From assembly GCA_009886115.1 (NCBI GenBank), contig VFJJ01000069.1, positions 1-64,000 on the forward strand: a DNA stretch of 64,000 nucleotides, written 5' to 3'. The notes under the pieces were generated by a model. That model worked only from the letters and a program-made list of their open reading frames with translations, did not search any database and had not been told where the DNA came from. Below are positions 11,723 to 21,055 of the stretch, piece after piece (within the stretch, counting starts at the first letter, position 1; each line of letters opens with the position of its first letter). The position numbers were made by a program, and so were the translations under genes. The DNA comes from Actinomycetota bacterium (GTDB lineage Bacteria; Actinomycetota; Acidimicrobiia; IMCC26256; VFJJ01).

Positions 11723-14056
11723 TCAGAGCGCGATGTCGTGGGGTCGAACGGGGGTGCGGGGCAGCTCCCGACCGGTGGCGTTGCGGATGGCCGCCACGAC
11801 CGCGGGCGTGGAGGAGATCGTGGGCGACTCGCCAGCGCCCTTGGCCCCGAACGGCGCGCCGGGCTCGGGAACCTCCACCAGCTGAGCCACGTTCACCGGA
11901 GGCATGTCGAGCGCGGTGGGTATCAGGTAGTCGGTGAAGCTGGGGTTGCGGACCTTCCCGGCCGTGAGGAGGATCTCCTCCATCACCGCCAAGCCGATGC
12001 CCTGCGCCGTACCCCCTTCCACCTGACCCAAGAGCTGCAACGGATTCAGGACCTTCCCCACGTCCATCGAGGTGGTGATCTCGACCACCCGTACCAGGCC
12101 CAGCTCGACGTCGACGTCGACGACGGCCCGATGGGCGGCGACGGCGAACGAGACGTGGGCGTTGCCCTGGCCGTTCTCGTCGAGCCGGAACGTAGGCGCA
12201 TGGTGATGCTCCTCGACGGCGGAGAAGGCAACACCGGGTGCGGCGTCGGCCACGTCGAGGTCGATCACGGGCTTCGCCGAGTGGCGGGACACGATGCGGC
12301 GGTCGACGATGTCGAGATCGTCGACCGACACCCCGAACGCTGCTCCCACATGGCTCAGGAGCTTCTGGCGCACCGTTCGACAGGCCAGCTCGATGGCCCC
12401 GCCGCTCATCCAGGTCTGGCGTGACGCCGAGGTGGAGCCGGCCGATCCGATGTGGGTGTCGGCCGGCGCCAAGATCACGTCGTCGACGCCGAGCACCGTG
12501 CGGGCGATCTGCTGAGCCAACGTCACGAATCCCTGACCCACCTCGGCGCAGGCCGACTTCACGGTGGCGACACCGTCGAGCAGGTGGCACGAGGCGGTCG
12601 AGAAGTCGTCGAAGCCCTCCGAGAACATGAGGTTCTTCCAGCCCAGCGCGAAACCCACGCCCCGCTTCACGCCAGCGGCGTCGGCGGTGCGGCCCGCCCC
12701 GCCCGGAAGCGCCATCATCGGCGAATCGACGGGTTCGGCCAGCACGGGCATCGGCGCCTCAGCGCACGATCGGATGACCTCCTCAACCGGCAGGGCGCCC
12801 GTGACGATCTGGCCGGTGATGCAGCTGTCGCCCGTCTGCATCGCGTTGAGCAGTCGCAGCTCGATCGGGTCGATGCCGAGCGTCGTCGCCAGCTTGTCCA
12901 TCTGGGCTTCGTGACCGAAGCAGGTCTGCACCGCTCCGAAACCCCGCATCGCTCCGCAGGGCAGGTTGTTGGTGCGAGCAGCCAAGCCGAGCAGGTCGAC
13001 AGCGGGAACCTTGTAGGGCCCGGTGGAGAAGCACGTGGCGTTGGCCAGCACCGCAGACGACGTGGAGGCGTAGGCCCCGCCGTCGAACACGAAACGCCCT
13101 TCCACCTTGACGATACGGCCATCGCGCGTTGCATGGTGGCGGTACCACATCCGGGCCGGATGGCGGTGGACGTGGCCGAAGAACGACTCCTCGCGGCTGT
13201 AGACCATCTTGACCGGGCGACCGGTCTGCAGCGCGAGCAGGCAGATGTGGATCTGGAGCGAGCAGTCCTCACGAGCGCCGAACGCCCCGCCGACACCGGC
13301 CAGATGCAGTCGCACCTTGGCCTCGGGCAGCGCGAGCGATGCCGCGACCTGAGCCTGGTCGGCATGGAGCCATTGGGTGGAGATCCACAGGTCGATGCCG
13401 CCGTCGTCGTCGGGGACGGCCAGCCCCGATTCGGTGCCCAGCGGCGCCTGGTCCTGCATCCCCACCTCGTAGGTGCCCTCGACGACCACGTCACCGGAGA
13501 CGGACATGTCGCCCCGGCGAATCACCAAGCGACGAAAGAGGTTTCCGTCGGGGTGAATCGGCGGGGTGCCTTCGGCGATGGCGATCTCGGGATCGACCAG
13601 CGGGGTGAGGATCTCGTAGTCGACGACGATGGCCTCCATCGCCCGGCGGGCTGTGTCGGGATGGTCGGCGGCCACCGCAGCGATCGGTTCACCGTGGAAC
13701 CGCACGACATCGTGAGCGAAGACCGGCTGATCGGCGTGCTCGAGCCCGAACATCTTGTTCCCCGGGACGTCGTCGTAGGTGACGACCGCCCGCACCCCGG
13801 GGATCTGCCACGCTCCCGAGAGGTCGATCGAACGGATGCGGGCACTGGGATGCGGCGAGCGCACCGTGGCGCCCCACAGCATTCCCTCGGCCCACAGGTC
13901 AGACGAGAACGCGAACCGCCCCTGCACCTTGGGCGTGCCGTCGGGTCTGCGCACGCTCTCGCCGATGACACCGCGACCGGACGCAGAGACGACCGACGGA
14001 TCGGTGACGATCGAGAGACCCGTGCCACTGTTGACCACCGCGCCCACTCCTGTCAT
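11723..14056 (-). CDS. pucD: Xanthine dehydrogenase molybdopterin-binding subunit (PucD-like)
   Basis: RSPHPSA, GGAFGARED, GAMRGFG, SAGSTSASRQT, GAKGAGE; ATG 14056 overlaps stop of 2Fe-2S gene. Confidence 0.85.
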   Translation of the reverse strand: MTGVGAVVNSGTGLSIVTDPSVVSASGRGVIGESVRRPDGTPKVQGRFAFSSDLWAEGMLWGATVRSPHPSARIRSIDLSGAWQIPGVRAVVTYDDVPGNKMFGLEHADQPVFAHDVVRFHGEPIAAVAADHPDTARRAMEAIVVDYEILTPLVDPEIAIAEGTPPIHPDGNLFRRLVIRRGDMSVSGDVVVEGTYEVGMQDQAPLGTESGLAVPDDDGGIDLWISTQWLHADQAQVAASLALPEAKVRLHLAGVGGAFGAREDCSLQIHICLLALQTGRPVKMVYSREESFFGHVHRHPARMWYRHHATRDGRIVKVEGRFVFDGGAYASTSSAVLANATCFSTGPYKVPAVDLLGLAARTNNLPCGAMRGFGAVQTCFGHEAQMDKLATTLGIDPIELRLLNAMQTGDSCITGQIVTGALPVEEVIRSCAEAPMPVLAEPVDSPMMALPGGAGRTADAAGVKRGVGFALGWKNLMFSEGFDDFSTASCHLLDGVATVKSACAEVGQGFVTLAQQIARTVLGVDDVILAPADTHIGSAGSTSASRQTWMSGGAIELACRTVRQKLLSHVGAAFGVSVDDLDIVDRRIVSRHSAKPVIDLDVADAAPGVAFSAVEEHHHAPTFRLDENGQGNAHVSFAVAAHRAVVDVDVELGLVRVVEITTSMDVGKVLNPLQLLGQVEGGTAQGIGLAVMEEILLTAGKVRNPSFTDYLIPTALDMPPVNVAQLVEVPEPGAPFGAKGAGESPTISSTPAVVAAIRNATGRELPRTPVRPHDIAL

Positions 14057-14562
14057 CGGGCTTGCCCCCCGACCTGGCGAAGCCGCACGGTCGTCCACAC
14101 CGCTTCCATGATGCGGCCGTATCCCGTGCAGCGACAGAGGTTCCCGGAGATGGCCTCGCGCACCTCGAGGTCGGTTGGAAGGGGCACGCGGTCGAGCAGG
14201 TCGTGCACCGCCATGATCAGGCCCGGGGTGCAGAAGCCGCACTGGACCGCGCCCTCGGTGAGGAACGCCTCCTGCACGTCGGACAAGACCGCATCGGAGC
14301 CGTCGATCGCGCCGGCTATCCCCTCCACGGTCACGATGTCGCGTCCGACCGCCGACGCCGCCAGCACCAGGCACGCGCACACCAGGCTGCCGTCGACGAG
14401 TACCGAGCAGGAACCGCACTCGCCCTGCTCGCAGGCGTTCTTGGCGCCGGGGAGATCGAGCCGCTCCCGGAGCACCCAGAGCAGGCTCTCGCCGAGCCAC
14501 CCGTCGCTCACCTCACGATCGCGCCCGTTCACCCGTAACGTGTAGGCGCAGTACTCACTCAC
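14053..14562 (-). CDS. pucE: Xanthine dehydrogenase (2Fe-2S) subunit (PucE-like)
   Basis: CEQGECGSC, QCGFCTPG, NLCRCTGY; GGAGGA before GTG 14562; alternative in-frame start 14625. Confidence 0.88.
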   Translation of the reverse strand: MSEYCAYTLRVNGRDREVSDGWLGESLLWVLRERLDLPGAKNACEQGECGSCSVLVDGSLVCACLVLAASAVGRDIVTVEGIAGAIDGSDAVLSDVQEAFLTEGAVQCGFCTPGLIMAVHDLLDRVPLPTDLEVREAISGNLCRCTGYGRIMEAVWTTVRLRQVGGQAR

Positions 14563-14625
14563 GCTCCTCCACTCCTGGCCCTCCGGACCGGGCCGTTCGG
14601 GCCCCCGCTCGCTGCGCTCGCTCAC
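14563..14625 (-). repeat. Small 'SERSER'-type intergenic element (63 bp) at the pucC/pucE junction
   Basis: Starts GTGAGCGAGCGCAGCGAGCG on the pucC stop, in frame with pucE, ends at a second GTGAGTGAG. Confidence 0.5.
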
Positions 14626-15503
14626 GTTCCGACCACCTGGGGGGAGAGCGCTCGCAGCAGCGCTCGGCGGGCACACACGCTGACGGCGTGGCGACGGTAG
14701 ACGGCGGACGAGCGGTGGTCGTCAATGGGACGCGACGCTCCGGCGACCATGCGACCGAACTCCTCGGCGAGCGTCTCGGGATCACCGTCGCTCGAGATCC
14801 CGAGGGGATCGAACGCCAACCGCTCGGCGATCCAGCGCTCGGCCTCGCGAGCTCGCAGCGGGGCGGGTCCCACCGAGCCCAGGCCCACGGCCACCGTCGC
14901 GGCGTCGAGGTCGACCACCAACGCCACCGAAGCAACCGCGATCACCATGGCGTTGCGGGTACCCACCTTGAGGAACTCCTGCGGTCCCCGGCGCACAGGC
15001 AGTCGAGCGCCGAGGATGATCTCGTGGGGCTCACGGGCCGTGCGCTTCACCCCCACGATGAACTCGTCCCAGGGCAGCTCCCGCTGAGCCCCGCCGGCAG
15101 CGCCGAGCACCACCGTCGCGTCGAGCGCCGCCAACACCGGCAGGGTGTCGCCCGCGGGCGAGGCCGTTCCCAGATTGCCTCCGAGGGTGCCGGCGTTGCG
15201 GATCTGCGGACCGCCGACCGTGCGGGCGGCCTGGGCCAGGGCCGGGAAAGACTCCGCCAGCTCACCGATTTCCATCTCGGTGTAGGTGAGCCCCGACCGT
15301 ACCAGGACGCTCCGACCGTCGGCTGAGCGCTCCCAGCCCCGGAGCTCGGGCACCCGATCGAGCGACACCACCGCAGTAGGGCGGCGATGGCCGTAGTTCA
15401 CCTCGACCATGAGATCGGTGCCCCCCATGAGCAGATGGGCATCGGGCTCGGCAGCCAAGGCGGCAAACGCCTCGTCGAGGGATCGGGGAACGGCGACGGT
15501 CAC
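14622..15503 (-). CDS. pucC: Xanthine dehydrogenase FAD-binding subunit (PucC-like)
   Basis: MGGTDLMV, QIRNAGTLGGN, SPAGD, KVGTRNAMVI, PIDDHRSSAVYR. Confidence 0.88.
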   Translation of the reverse strand: MTVAVPRSLDEAFAALAAEPDAHLLMGGTDLMVEVNYGHRRPTAVVSLDRVPELRGWERSADGRSVLVRSGLTYTEMEIGELAESFPALAQAARTVGGPQIRNAGTLGGNLGTASPAGDTLPVLAALDATVVLGAAGGAQRELPWDEFIVGVKRTAREPHEIILGARLPVRRGPQEFLKVGTRNAMVIAVASVALVVDLDAATVAVGLGSVGPAPLRAREAERWIAERLAFDPLGISSDGDPETLAEEFGRMVAGASRPIDDHRSSAVYRRHAVSVCARRALLRALSPQVVGT

Positions 15504-15518
15504 GGCTGAGGATGGTAC

Positions 15519-15535
15519 TTCAACAGATTGTTGAA
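15519..15535. promoter_or_regulatory. Palindromic operator TTCAACA-gat-TGTTGAA upstream of pucC
   Basis: Perfect 7-bp inverted repeat, AT-rich, next to minus-strand -10 TACCAT (15512-15517). Confidence 0.8.
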
Positions 15536-15580
15536 CGAGGTGGGATGGTCGGGCGCCGATGATTGTCCGAACGTCGCTTG

Positions 15581-16423
15581 TCAGGCCCGGAGGGTGCTCA
15601 CCGGCTCCCAGTGCATGACCCAGGCCGGGGCCGGTCCCGGGCCGGGGTCGGCGCCGTCGACCGCCCCCGCCGAGCTGCCGAAGATCGTCTGGTAGGGCGG
15701 CAGCGGCGACATCCCCGGCGTCGCCAGGCCGTGCCACGATTCGGCCACCGCAACGGCGTCGCGAACGCTCGGGAACACGGCGAGATGGTGGCCCGCTCCG
15801 CGACCAGCCGGGTCGCTCGTGGCCAACCACCGAGGCCCGCCGCCCAGACGGGTGAGAGCCTGCGAGCCTGCGCCCTGGGCGAAGGCCCCGTACCAGCTGG
15901 CCGCATCGGCGGCCGTCCCGGGATGGCGCCAGTCGTTCTGCACCGTCGTGAGGACGGCCACCGGCTCGCACGGCTGCTCCGGCGTTGGGTGCTCCGCCGT
16001 CGGATGCCCGAGCGTCGGCTGTCCGGGCGCAGGTTGCTCCGACCCGCCGGCATCGAGTCTGGCGGCGAAGAGCATGATGGCGAAGCGGACCGAGGCGATG
16101 TCGCCGACCCGTCCGGCTTCGCGCAGCGCCTGGGCGCGAGGCCCGATGTAACCCCACGCCTCGGCCTCCGAGGCGAAGCGCCCCTCCCACAGGGCCAGGA
16201 ACGGCGCGGCACGATGCCCGGGGCCCACGGCGCGGAAGCGATGGACGGCCGTGAACGATCCGTTGGCGATGGCGTCGGGACCGTGCACCGTGTCGTACCA
16301 CTCGTGGAACTCGTCCTCGCGGCCCTCCGGCGGATCGCCCAGAGCCACGAACAACGTCGAAGGGCACTGCGGATCGAAGCGCACGGGCGTCCCTGCGGGT
16401 CGGGTCGGGTCGAGCCGGGTCAC
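15581..16423 (-). CDS. Hypothetical protein, EthD/dimeric alpha-beta barrel-like
   Basis: PPEGREDEFHEWYDTVHGPD motif; GTGA coupling to upstream NTF2 gene. Confidence 0.6.
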   Translation of the reverse strand: MTRLDPTRPAGTPVRFDPQCPSTLFVALGDPPEGREDEFHEWYDTVHGPDAIANGSFTAVHRFRAVGPGHRAAPFLALWEGRFASEAEAWGYIGPRAQALREAGRVGDIASVRFAIMLFAARLDAGGSEQPAPGQPTLGHPTAEHPTPEQPCEPVAVLTTVQNDWRHPGTAADAASWYGAFAQGAGSQALTRLGGGPRWLATSDPAGRGAGHHLAVFPSVRDAVAVAESWHGLATPGMSPLPPYQTIFGSSAGAVDGADPGPGPAPAWVMHWEPVSTLRA

Positions 16424-16869
16424 TCCCGGTCGAGCGGGTTGTCGCGGAGGTGCTGGGTGAGGTTGCCCACGAGATCGCCGAAGATCAAGCGGTGCTTGAA
16501 CCGCCACCGGCCGTCGACCTTCTCGAAGGTGTCGTGATAGCGGCCGGCGATGACGATCTGGAGCGGCAGCTCGGGCGTGGCCTGGTACACGGTGAAGTAC
16601 GACCGGGTGCGGGCCTCGTCGGCTCCGTCGTCGTGCTCGAGGATCGTGTTGGTGGTGACGTGCTTGGTGCGCAGCGTTCCGTCGTCGTACACCTTGTCGT
16701 GCTTGGTCTTGAGCGCGTAGACCTCGTCGAAGCCGACGTGCGAGTCGCCGTTGTGCACGGCGTAGGTGGAGTGGCGGAACAGCTCGGCGACCCCGACGAA
16801 ATCGGCCGCGTCCTGGAGCTCGCAGTAGCGGTGGAGCAGGTTGAGGATCGCTCGTTCGTCAGAAGCCAC
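16420..16869 (-). CDS. NTF2/SnoaL-like protein
   Basis: ILNLLHRYCELQD, TKHVTTN, AGRYHDTFEKVDGRWRF. Confidence 0.88.
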   Translation of the reverse strand: MASDERAILNLLHRYCELQDAADFVGVAELFRHSTYAVHNGDSHVGFDEVYALKTKHDKVYDDGTLRTKHVTTNTILEHDDGADEARTRSYFTVYQATPELPLQIVIAGRYHDTFEKVDGRWRFKHRLIFGDLVGNLTQHLRDNPLDRE

Positions 16870-16972
16870 GGATCCATCCTGGTGAGAGTTCGAGCGACGC
16901 CGGGGGCTCGCAGGTCGCTCGCGACGGTTCGAGGCTAGCGTTGGCGCCGATGCCGGCACAGGAGAGCAGCCG

Positions 16973-17071
16973 ATGAGCGAGCCGCAGGCGAGCGAATCAG
17001 AAGGCACAGCGCTGTCGACGCCACGCAGTGGCGGTGGGGTCACGGGCGCATCCCGAAGGGTGCGACCATGA
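16973..17071 (+). repeat. Second 'SERSER'-type element: 32-aa mini-ORF coupled to the SDR start
   Basis: ATGAGCGAGCCGCAGGCGAGCGAATC...; ATGAGCGAG repeated at 16973 and 17068; stop overlaps SDR ATG (ATGA). Confidence 0.5.
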
Positions 17072-17919
17072 GCGAGAAGGTCGCCTTCGTGACGGGAGCC
17101 AGCCGAGGCATCGGCAAGGCGATCGCCGTCGAGTTGGCGCACGCGGGCTACGACGTGGCCATCACGGCCCGCACCGTGCACGAGGGTGAGAGCCGCGAGC
17201 ACAGCTCCACACTCAAGCGCTCCGACACCACACCGCTGCCCGGCTCGCTCGACTCGACGGCTCAGCAGATCGAGGCCACGGGACGGCGGTGCCTCACGGT
17301 CCCGGCCGACCTGCTCGACCACCCGTCGCTCGTGAGCGCGGCCGACCGGGTGCTGGCCGAGCTGGGCCGGGTCGACGTGCTCGTGAACAACGGGCGCTAC
17401 ATAGGCCCCGGGCACATGGACCTCATCCTCGACACGCCCATCCGCATCTTGCGCGACCACCTCGAGGCCAACGCCCTGGCGCCGGTGGTGCTGGTGAAGG
17501 CCTTGGTGCCGCAGATGGTCGAACGAGGCAACGGCACAGTCATCAACATCACCTCGGGTGTGGCCTATGGCGATCCGCCGGCCCCGGCAGGCCAGGGCGG
17601 ATGGGGTCTGGGGTACGCGTTCAGCAAGGGTGCGCTGCACCGCATCGCCGGCGTGCTCGCGGTCGAGCTGCGCGACCGGGGGATCAAGGCGTTCAACGTG
17701 CAACCCGGTTTCATCGCCACCGAGCGCATCGCCCAGGACATGGCGGCGTTCGGTTTCGACGCCTCGACCGGAGCCCCGCCGGCGGTCATCGCCAAGGTCT
17801 GCCGGTGGCTGCTCGAATCGCCCGACGCCGCGCTGCGCAACGGCCAGAACATCGAGGCCCAGGACGTGTGCAGCGCCCTGGGCTTGTTGCCGGGCTGGTC
17901 GCTCGCACCAGCAGGCTGA
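17068..17919 (+). CDS. SDR oxidoreductase
   Basis: TGASRGIG, VLVNNG, YAFSK. Confidence 0.9.
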   Translation: MSEKVAFVTGASRGIGKAIAVELAHAGYDVAITARTVHEGESREHSSTLKRSDTTPLPGSLDSTAQQIEATGRRCLTVPADLLDHPSLVSAADRVLAELGRVDVLVNNGRYIGPGHMDLILDTPIRILRDHLEANALAPVVLVKALVPQMVERGNGTVINITSGVAYGDPPAPAGQGGWGLGYAFSKGALHRIAGVLAVELRDRGIKAFNVQPGFIATERIAQDMAAFGFDASTGAPPAVIAKVCRWLLESPDAALRNGQNIEAQDVCSALGLLPGWSLAPAG

Positions 17920-18030
17920 GCCACTGAACGCACGAGCATTGGCCGCAGCACCAACGACGGCGGCAGCATCCACGCAAACGGCATCCACGCAAGCGGCATC
18001 GACGGCGCCGATCGATCGGCAGGAGGGTTC

Positions 18031-19299
18031 GTGGCCGGGATCAAGCTCGATGAGATGGAGAACCGGCCCGGCTTCATGCGCTCGAAGAAGCCCGAGACCG
18101 TCACGCTGTTGCCCGACCCGCCCCGGGCCCGTCGCCATGTGCCGATCATCTCGACCGACGACCACCTCGTGGAGCCGCCCGACATGTTCGAGGGACGGCT
18201 TCCGTCGCGCTTCGCTGCGCTGTCTCCCCGAGTCGTCGACAACCCGGGCCCGGCCGGCGGCCAAGCCTGGCTGTACGACGGCCGCCTCAATCCCCAGATC
18301 GGCCTGGCCGCCGTGGCCGGACGGCCCATCGAGGAATGCTCCTATGAGCCGGTGCGCTTCGACGAGATGCGCAGGGGCTCGTGGGACGTGCACGCACGAA
18401 TCGCCGACATGGACCTCGACGGCGTGTACGCGTCGGTGAACTTCCCCTCGGCCATGGCCGGGTTCTGCGGGCACCGGCTGCAGCTCGGCGTCAGCGATAC
18501 CGAGCTGGCCCTGGCCGTCACCCGGGCCGCCAACGACTGGCATCTCGAGTCGTGGGCCGGGGCGTATCCCGAGCGGCTCATCCCGTGCCAGATCCCGTGG
18601 CTGCTCGATCCCGAGGTGGCCGCCGCCGAGGTGCGCCGCAACGCCGCCCGGGGGTTCAAGGCCGTGTCGTTCAGCGAGAACCCCGAGCCGCTCGGGCTCC
18701 CGTCGATCCACACCGGCCACTGGGACCCGTTCCTTCGAGCCTGTGAGGAGACCGAGACCGTGGTGTGCCTGCACGTCGGCTCGTCGGGCTCCACCCCGAC
18801 CACGTCGAGCGACGCGCCGGGCGACTGCATCGGTGTGCTGTTCTTCGGGTTCGCCATGTTCGCCACGGTCGACTGGCTCTACTCGAAGATCCCGGTGCGC
18901 TTCCCGAACATCAAGATCTGCCTGGCCGAAGGCGGGATCGGCTGGGTTGCCGGGCTGCTCGACCGTCTCGACCACATCGGCAAGTACCAGGCGATCTACG
19001 GCACGTGGGAGGGCATCGACCTCACCCCCCGCGAGGTCGTGGCGCGCAACTTCACCTTCTGCTCGTTGGAGGACGGCTCGGCGTTCGACGTGCTCGACCA
19101 CATCGGCGTCGACACTGTGACCGTCGAGACCGACTATCCCCACCTCGACGGCACCTGGCCCGATTCTCAGGAGATCCTGTGGCGCCAGATCGGCCATCTG
19201 CCACCGGCCACCATCGCCAAGGTCGCATGGCAGAACGCTTCGGAGCTGTTCCGTCACCCCGTGCCCGCCTCGGTGATCACCGATCCCGAGTCGTGGTGA
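18031..19299 (+). CDS. Amidohydrolase_2 family protein (paralog A)
   Basis: STDDHLVEPP, CLHVGS, EGGIGW, ETDYPH. Confidence 0.9.
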   Translation: MAGIKLDEMENRPGFMRSKKPETVTLLPDPPRARRHVPIISTDDHLVEPPDMFEGRLPSRFAALSPRVVDNPGPAGGQAWLYDGRLNPQIGLAAVAGRPIEECSYEPVRFDEMRRGSWDVHARIADMDLDGVYASVNFPSAMAGFCGHRLQLGVSDTELALAVTRAANDWHLESWAGAYPERLIPCQIPWLLDPEVAAAEVRRNAARGFKAVSFSENPEPLGLPSIHTGHWDPFLRACEETETVVCLHVGSSGSTPTTSSDAPGDCIGVLFFGFAMFATVDWLYSKIPVRFPNIKICLAEGGIGWVAGLLDRLDHIGKYQAIYGTWEGIDLTPREVVARNFTFCSLEDGSAFDVLDHIGVDTVTVETDYPHLDGTWPDSQEILWRQIGHLPPATIAKVAWQNASELFRHPVPASVITDPESW

Positions 19300-19312
19300 G
19301 GGCAGTCGCCGA

Positions 19313-21055
19313 ATGACTCGCTCGACCGCCGATCTGGTGATCACGGGTGGCATCGTCGTCGACGGCACGGGCGCGCCGGCACGGCGGGCCGACGTGGCCG
19401 TGGCCGCAGGGCACGTCGTCGCGGTCGGCGACGACCTCACGGGCGCCACCGTGGTCGACGCCCGTGGCCGGTATGTCACCCCCGGTTTCTTCGACATCCA
19501 CACCCACTACGACGCCCAGGTGTTCTGGGACCCGGGCCTCTCGTCGTCGTGCTGGCACGGGGTCACATCGGTCGTGGCCGGGAACTGTGGCTTCTCGATC
19601 GCCCCGACCCGGCCCGAGCACCGGTCGGTGATCGTGCGCACGCTCCAGGCCGTGGAAGACATGTCGGAGCGGATGCTCGACGCCGGCATCGAGTGGAGCT
19701 TCGAGACCTTCGGCGAGTATCTCGATCTCGTCGAACGGCGAGGCACGATCCTCAACTTCGGCTGTTACATCGGCCACAGTCCGGTGCGGTTGTTCGTGAT
19801 GGGCGACGCCGGCTACGAGCGCGAGGCAACGCCGGAGGAGATCGTCGCCATGCGCGACGTGGTGGCCGACGGAATGCGCGCCGGCGCGCTCGGGTTCGCG
19901 TCGAGCTACTCGGCCAACCACCGCGGCGATCGCGGGTTACCCGTCCCACCGCGTCACGGGACGCGCGACGAGTTCGTGGCGCTGGCATCGGTGCTCGGCG
20001 AGCTCGGCTACGGAGCCGTCTGTTATGCACCCGGGCAACCGGTGACGTGGCGCGACAGCTACGAGATACAGCCCGAGATCGGCCGGCCACTCATGTGGAC
20101 GCCCATGCTCACGACCTATCCCGAGACCGACCACCGAGCGATGATGGCGTTCCACGCCGCCGGCCGGGCAGCCGGAGCCGACGTACGGCCTCAGGTCACA
20201 TGCCTCCCGCTGAAGATCCAGTTCAAGATGGACAACCCTTATTACTTTCGGACGGTCCCCATCTTCTTGGAATTACTCGGCTACCAGCCATCGGAGTTCT
20301 CCCGGTTCTACGCCGACCCGTCCTGGCGGGCCGAGGCGGCGCGGCAGGCCCCCGATGTGAAGCCGCCCGTGATCTGGGACCGTTTTCTCGTGGCCGAGAC
20401 CGGCACTTCCCCCGAGCTGGTCGGACGCGACGTTGCGTCGATCGCCCGCGAGCGACGCTGCACCGAGATCGACGTGTTGTGCGACCTGGCCCTGGCCGAC
20501 GACCTCGAGACCCGGTTCCTCGTCACGCTGAGCAACTACCAGGACGGCCCGGTGGCCGAGCTCATGCGCCAGCCCGGCGCCGTGTTCGGCCAGTCTGACG
20601 CCGGGGCGCACGTGGCGCAGCTGTGCGACGCCAACATGCCCACGGAGCTGCTCGCCCACTGGGTGCGCGAGCGCGGCGTGTTCAGCGCGGAAGAGGCCAT
20701 CCACAAGCTCACCGCCGAGCTGGCCGACCTGTACGGCCTGGCCGACCGCGGCCGCCTGGTTCCCGGGGCTGCGGCCGATATCGTGATCGTCGACATGGAA
20801 ACCGTCGACCCGGGCCCGTTGCGCAGGGTGCGCGACCTTCCCGGCGACGAGGAGCGGCTCATCGCCGACCAGCCCACCGGGATCGACCACGTCTTCGTGA
20901 ACGGCGTGGCCATCACCAGGCACGGGGAGTCGCTGGTGTCGACCATGCCCGAACGACCAGGCCGTGTGCTTCGGGCCCACGGCGGCGTCTCGACGGATGG
21001 CCCCTCTGGCGGCGGGCCGCGCGGCGGCCCGTCGAACAGTGGGGGGCGGTCGTGA
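19313..21055 (+). CDS. N-acyl-D-amino-acid deacylase family amidohydrolase
   Basis: GGIVVDGTG, PGFFDIHTHYD, GNCGFS, SDAGAH, DRGRL. Confidence 0.88.
   Translation: MTRSTADLVITGGIVVDGTGAPARRADVAVAAGHVVAVGDDLTGATVVDARGRYVTPGFFDIHTHYDAQVFWDPGLSSSCWHGVTSVVAGNCGFSIAPTRPEHRSVIVRTLQAVEDMSERMLDAGIEWSFETFGEYLDLVERRGTILNFGCYIGHSPVRLFVMGDAGYEREATPEEIVAMRDVVADGMRAGALGFASSYSANHRGDRGLPVPPRHGTRDEFVALASVLGELGYGAVCYAPGQPVTWRDSYEIQPEIGRPLMWTPMLTTYPETDHRAMMAFHAAGRAAGADVRPQVTCLPLKIQFKMDNPYYFRTVPIFLELLGYQPSEFSRFYADPSWRAEAARQAPDVKPPVIWDRFLVAETGTSPELVGRDVASIARERRCTEIDVLCDLALADDLETRFLVTLSNYQDGPVAELMRQPGAVFGQSDAGAHVAQLCDANMPTELLAHWVRERGVFSAEEAIHKLTAELADLYGLADRGRLVPGAAADIVIVDMETVDPGPLRRVRDLPGDEERLIADQPTGIDHVFVNGVAITRHGESLVSTMPERPGRVLRAHGGVSTDGPSGGGPRGGPSNSGGRS

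Noticed and set aside
16420..19503. 1027-aa minus-strand ORF
   Set aside because: High-GC shadow ORF; only the C-terminal 149-aa NTF2 part has recognisable motifs
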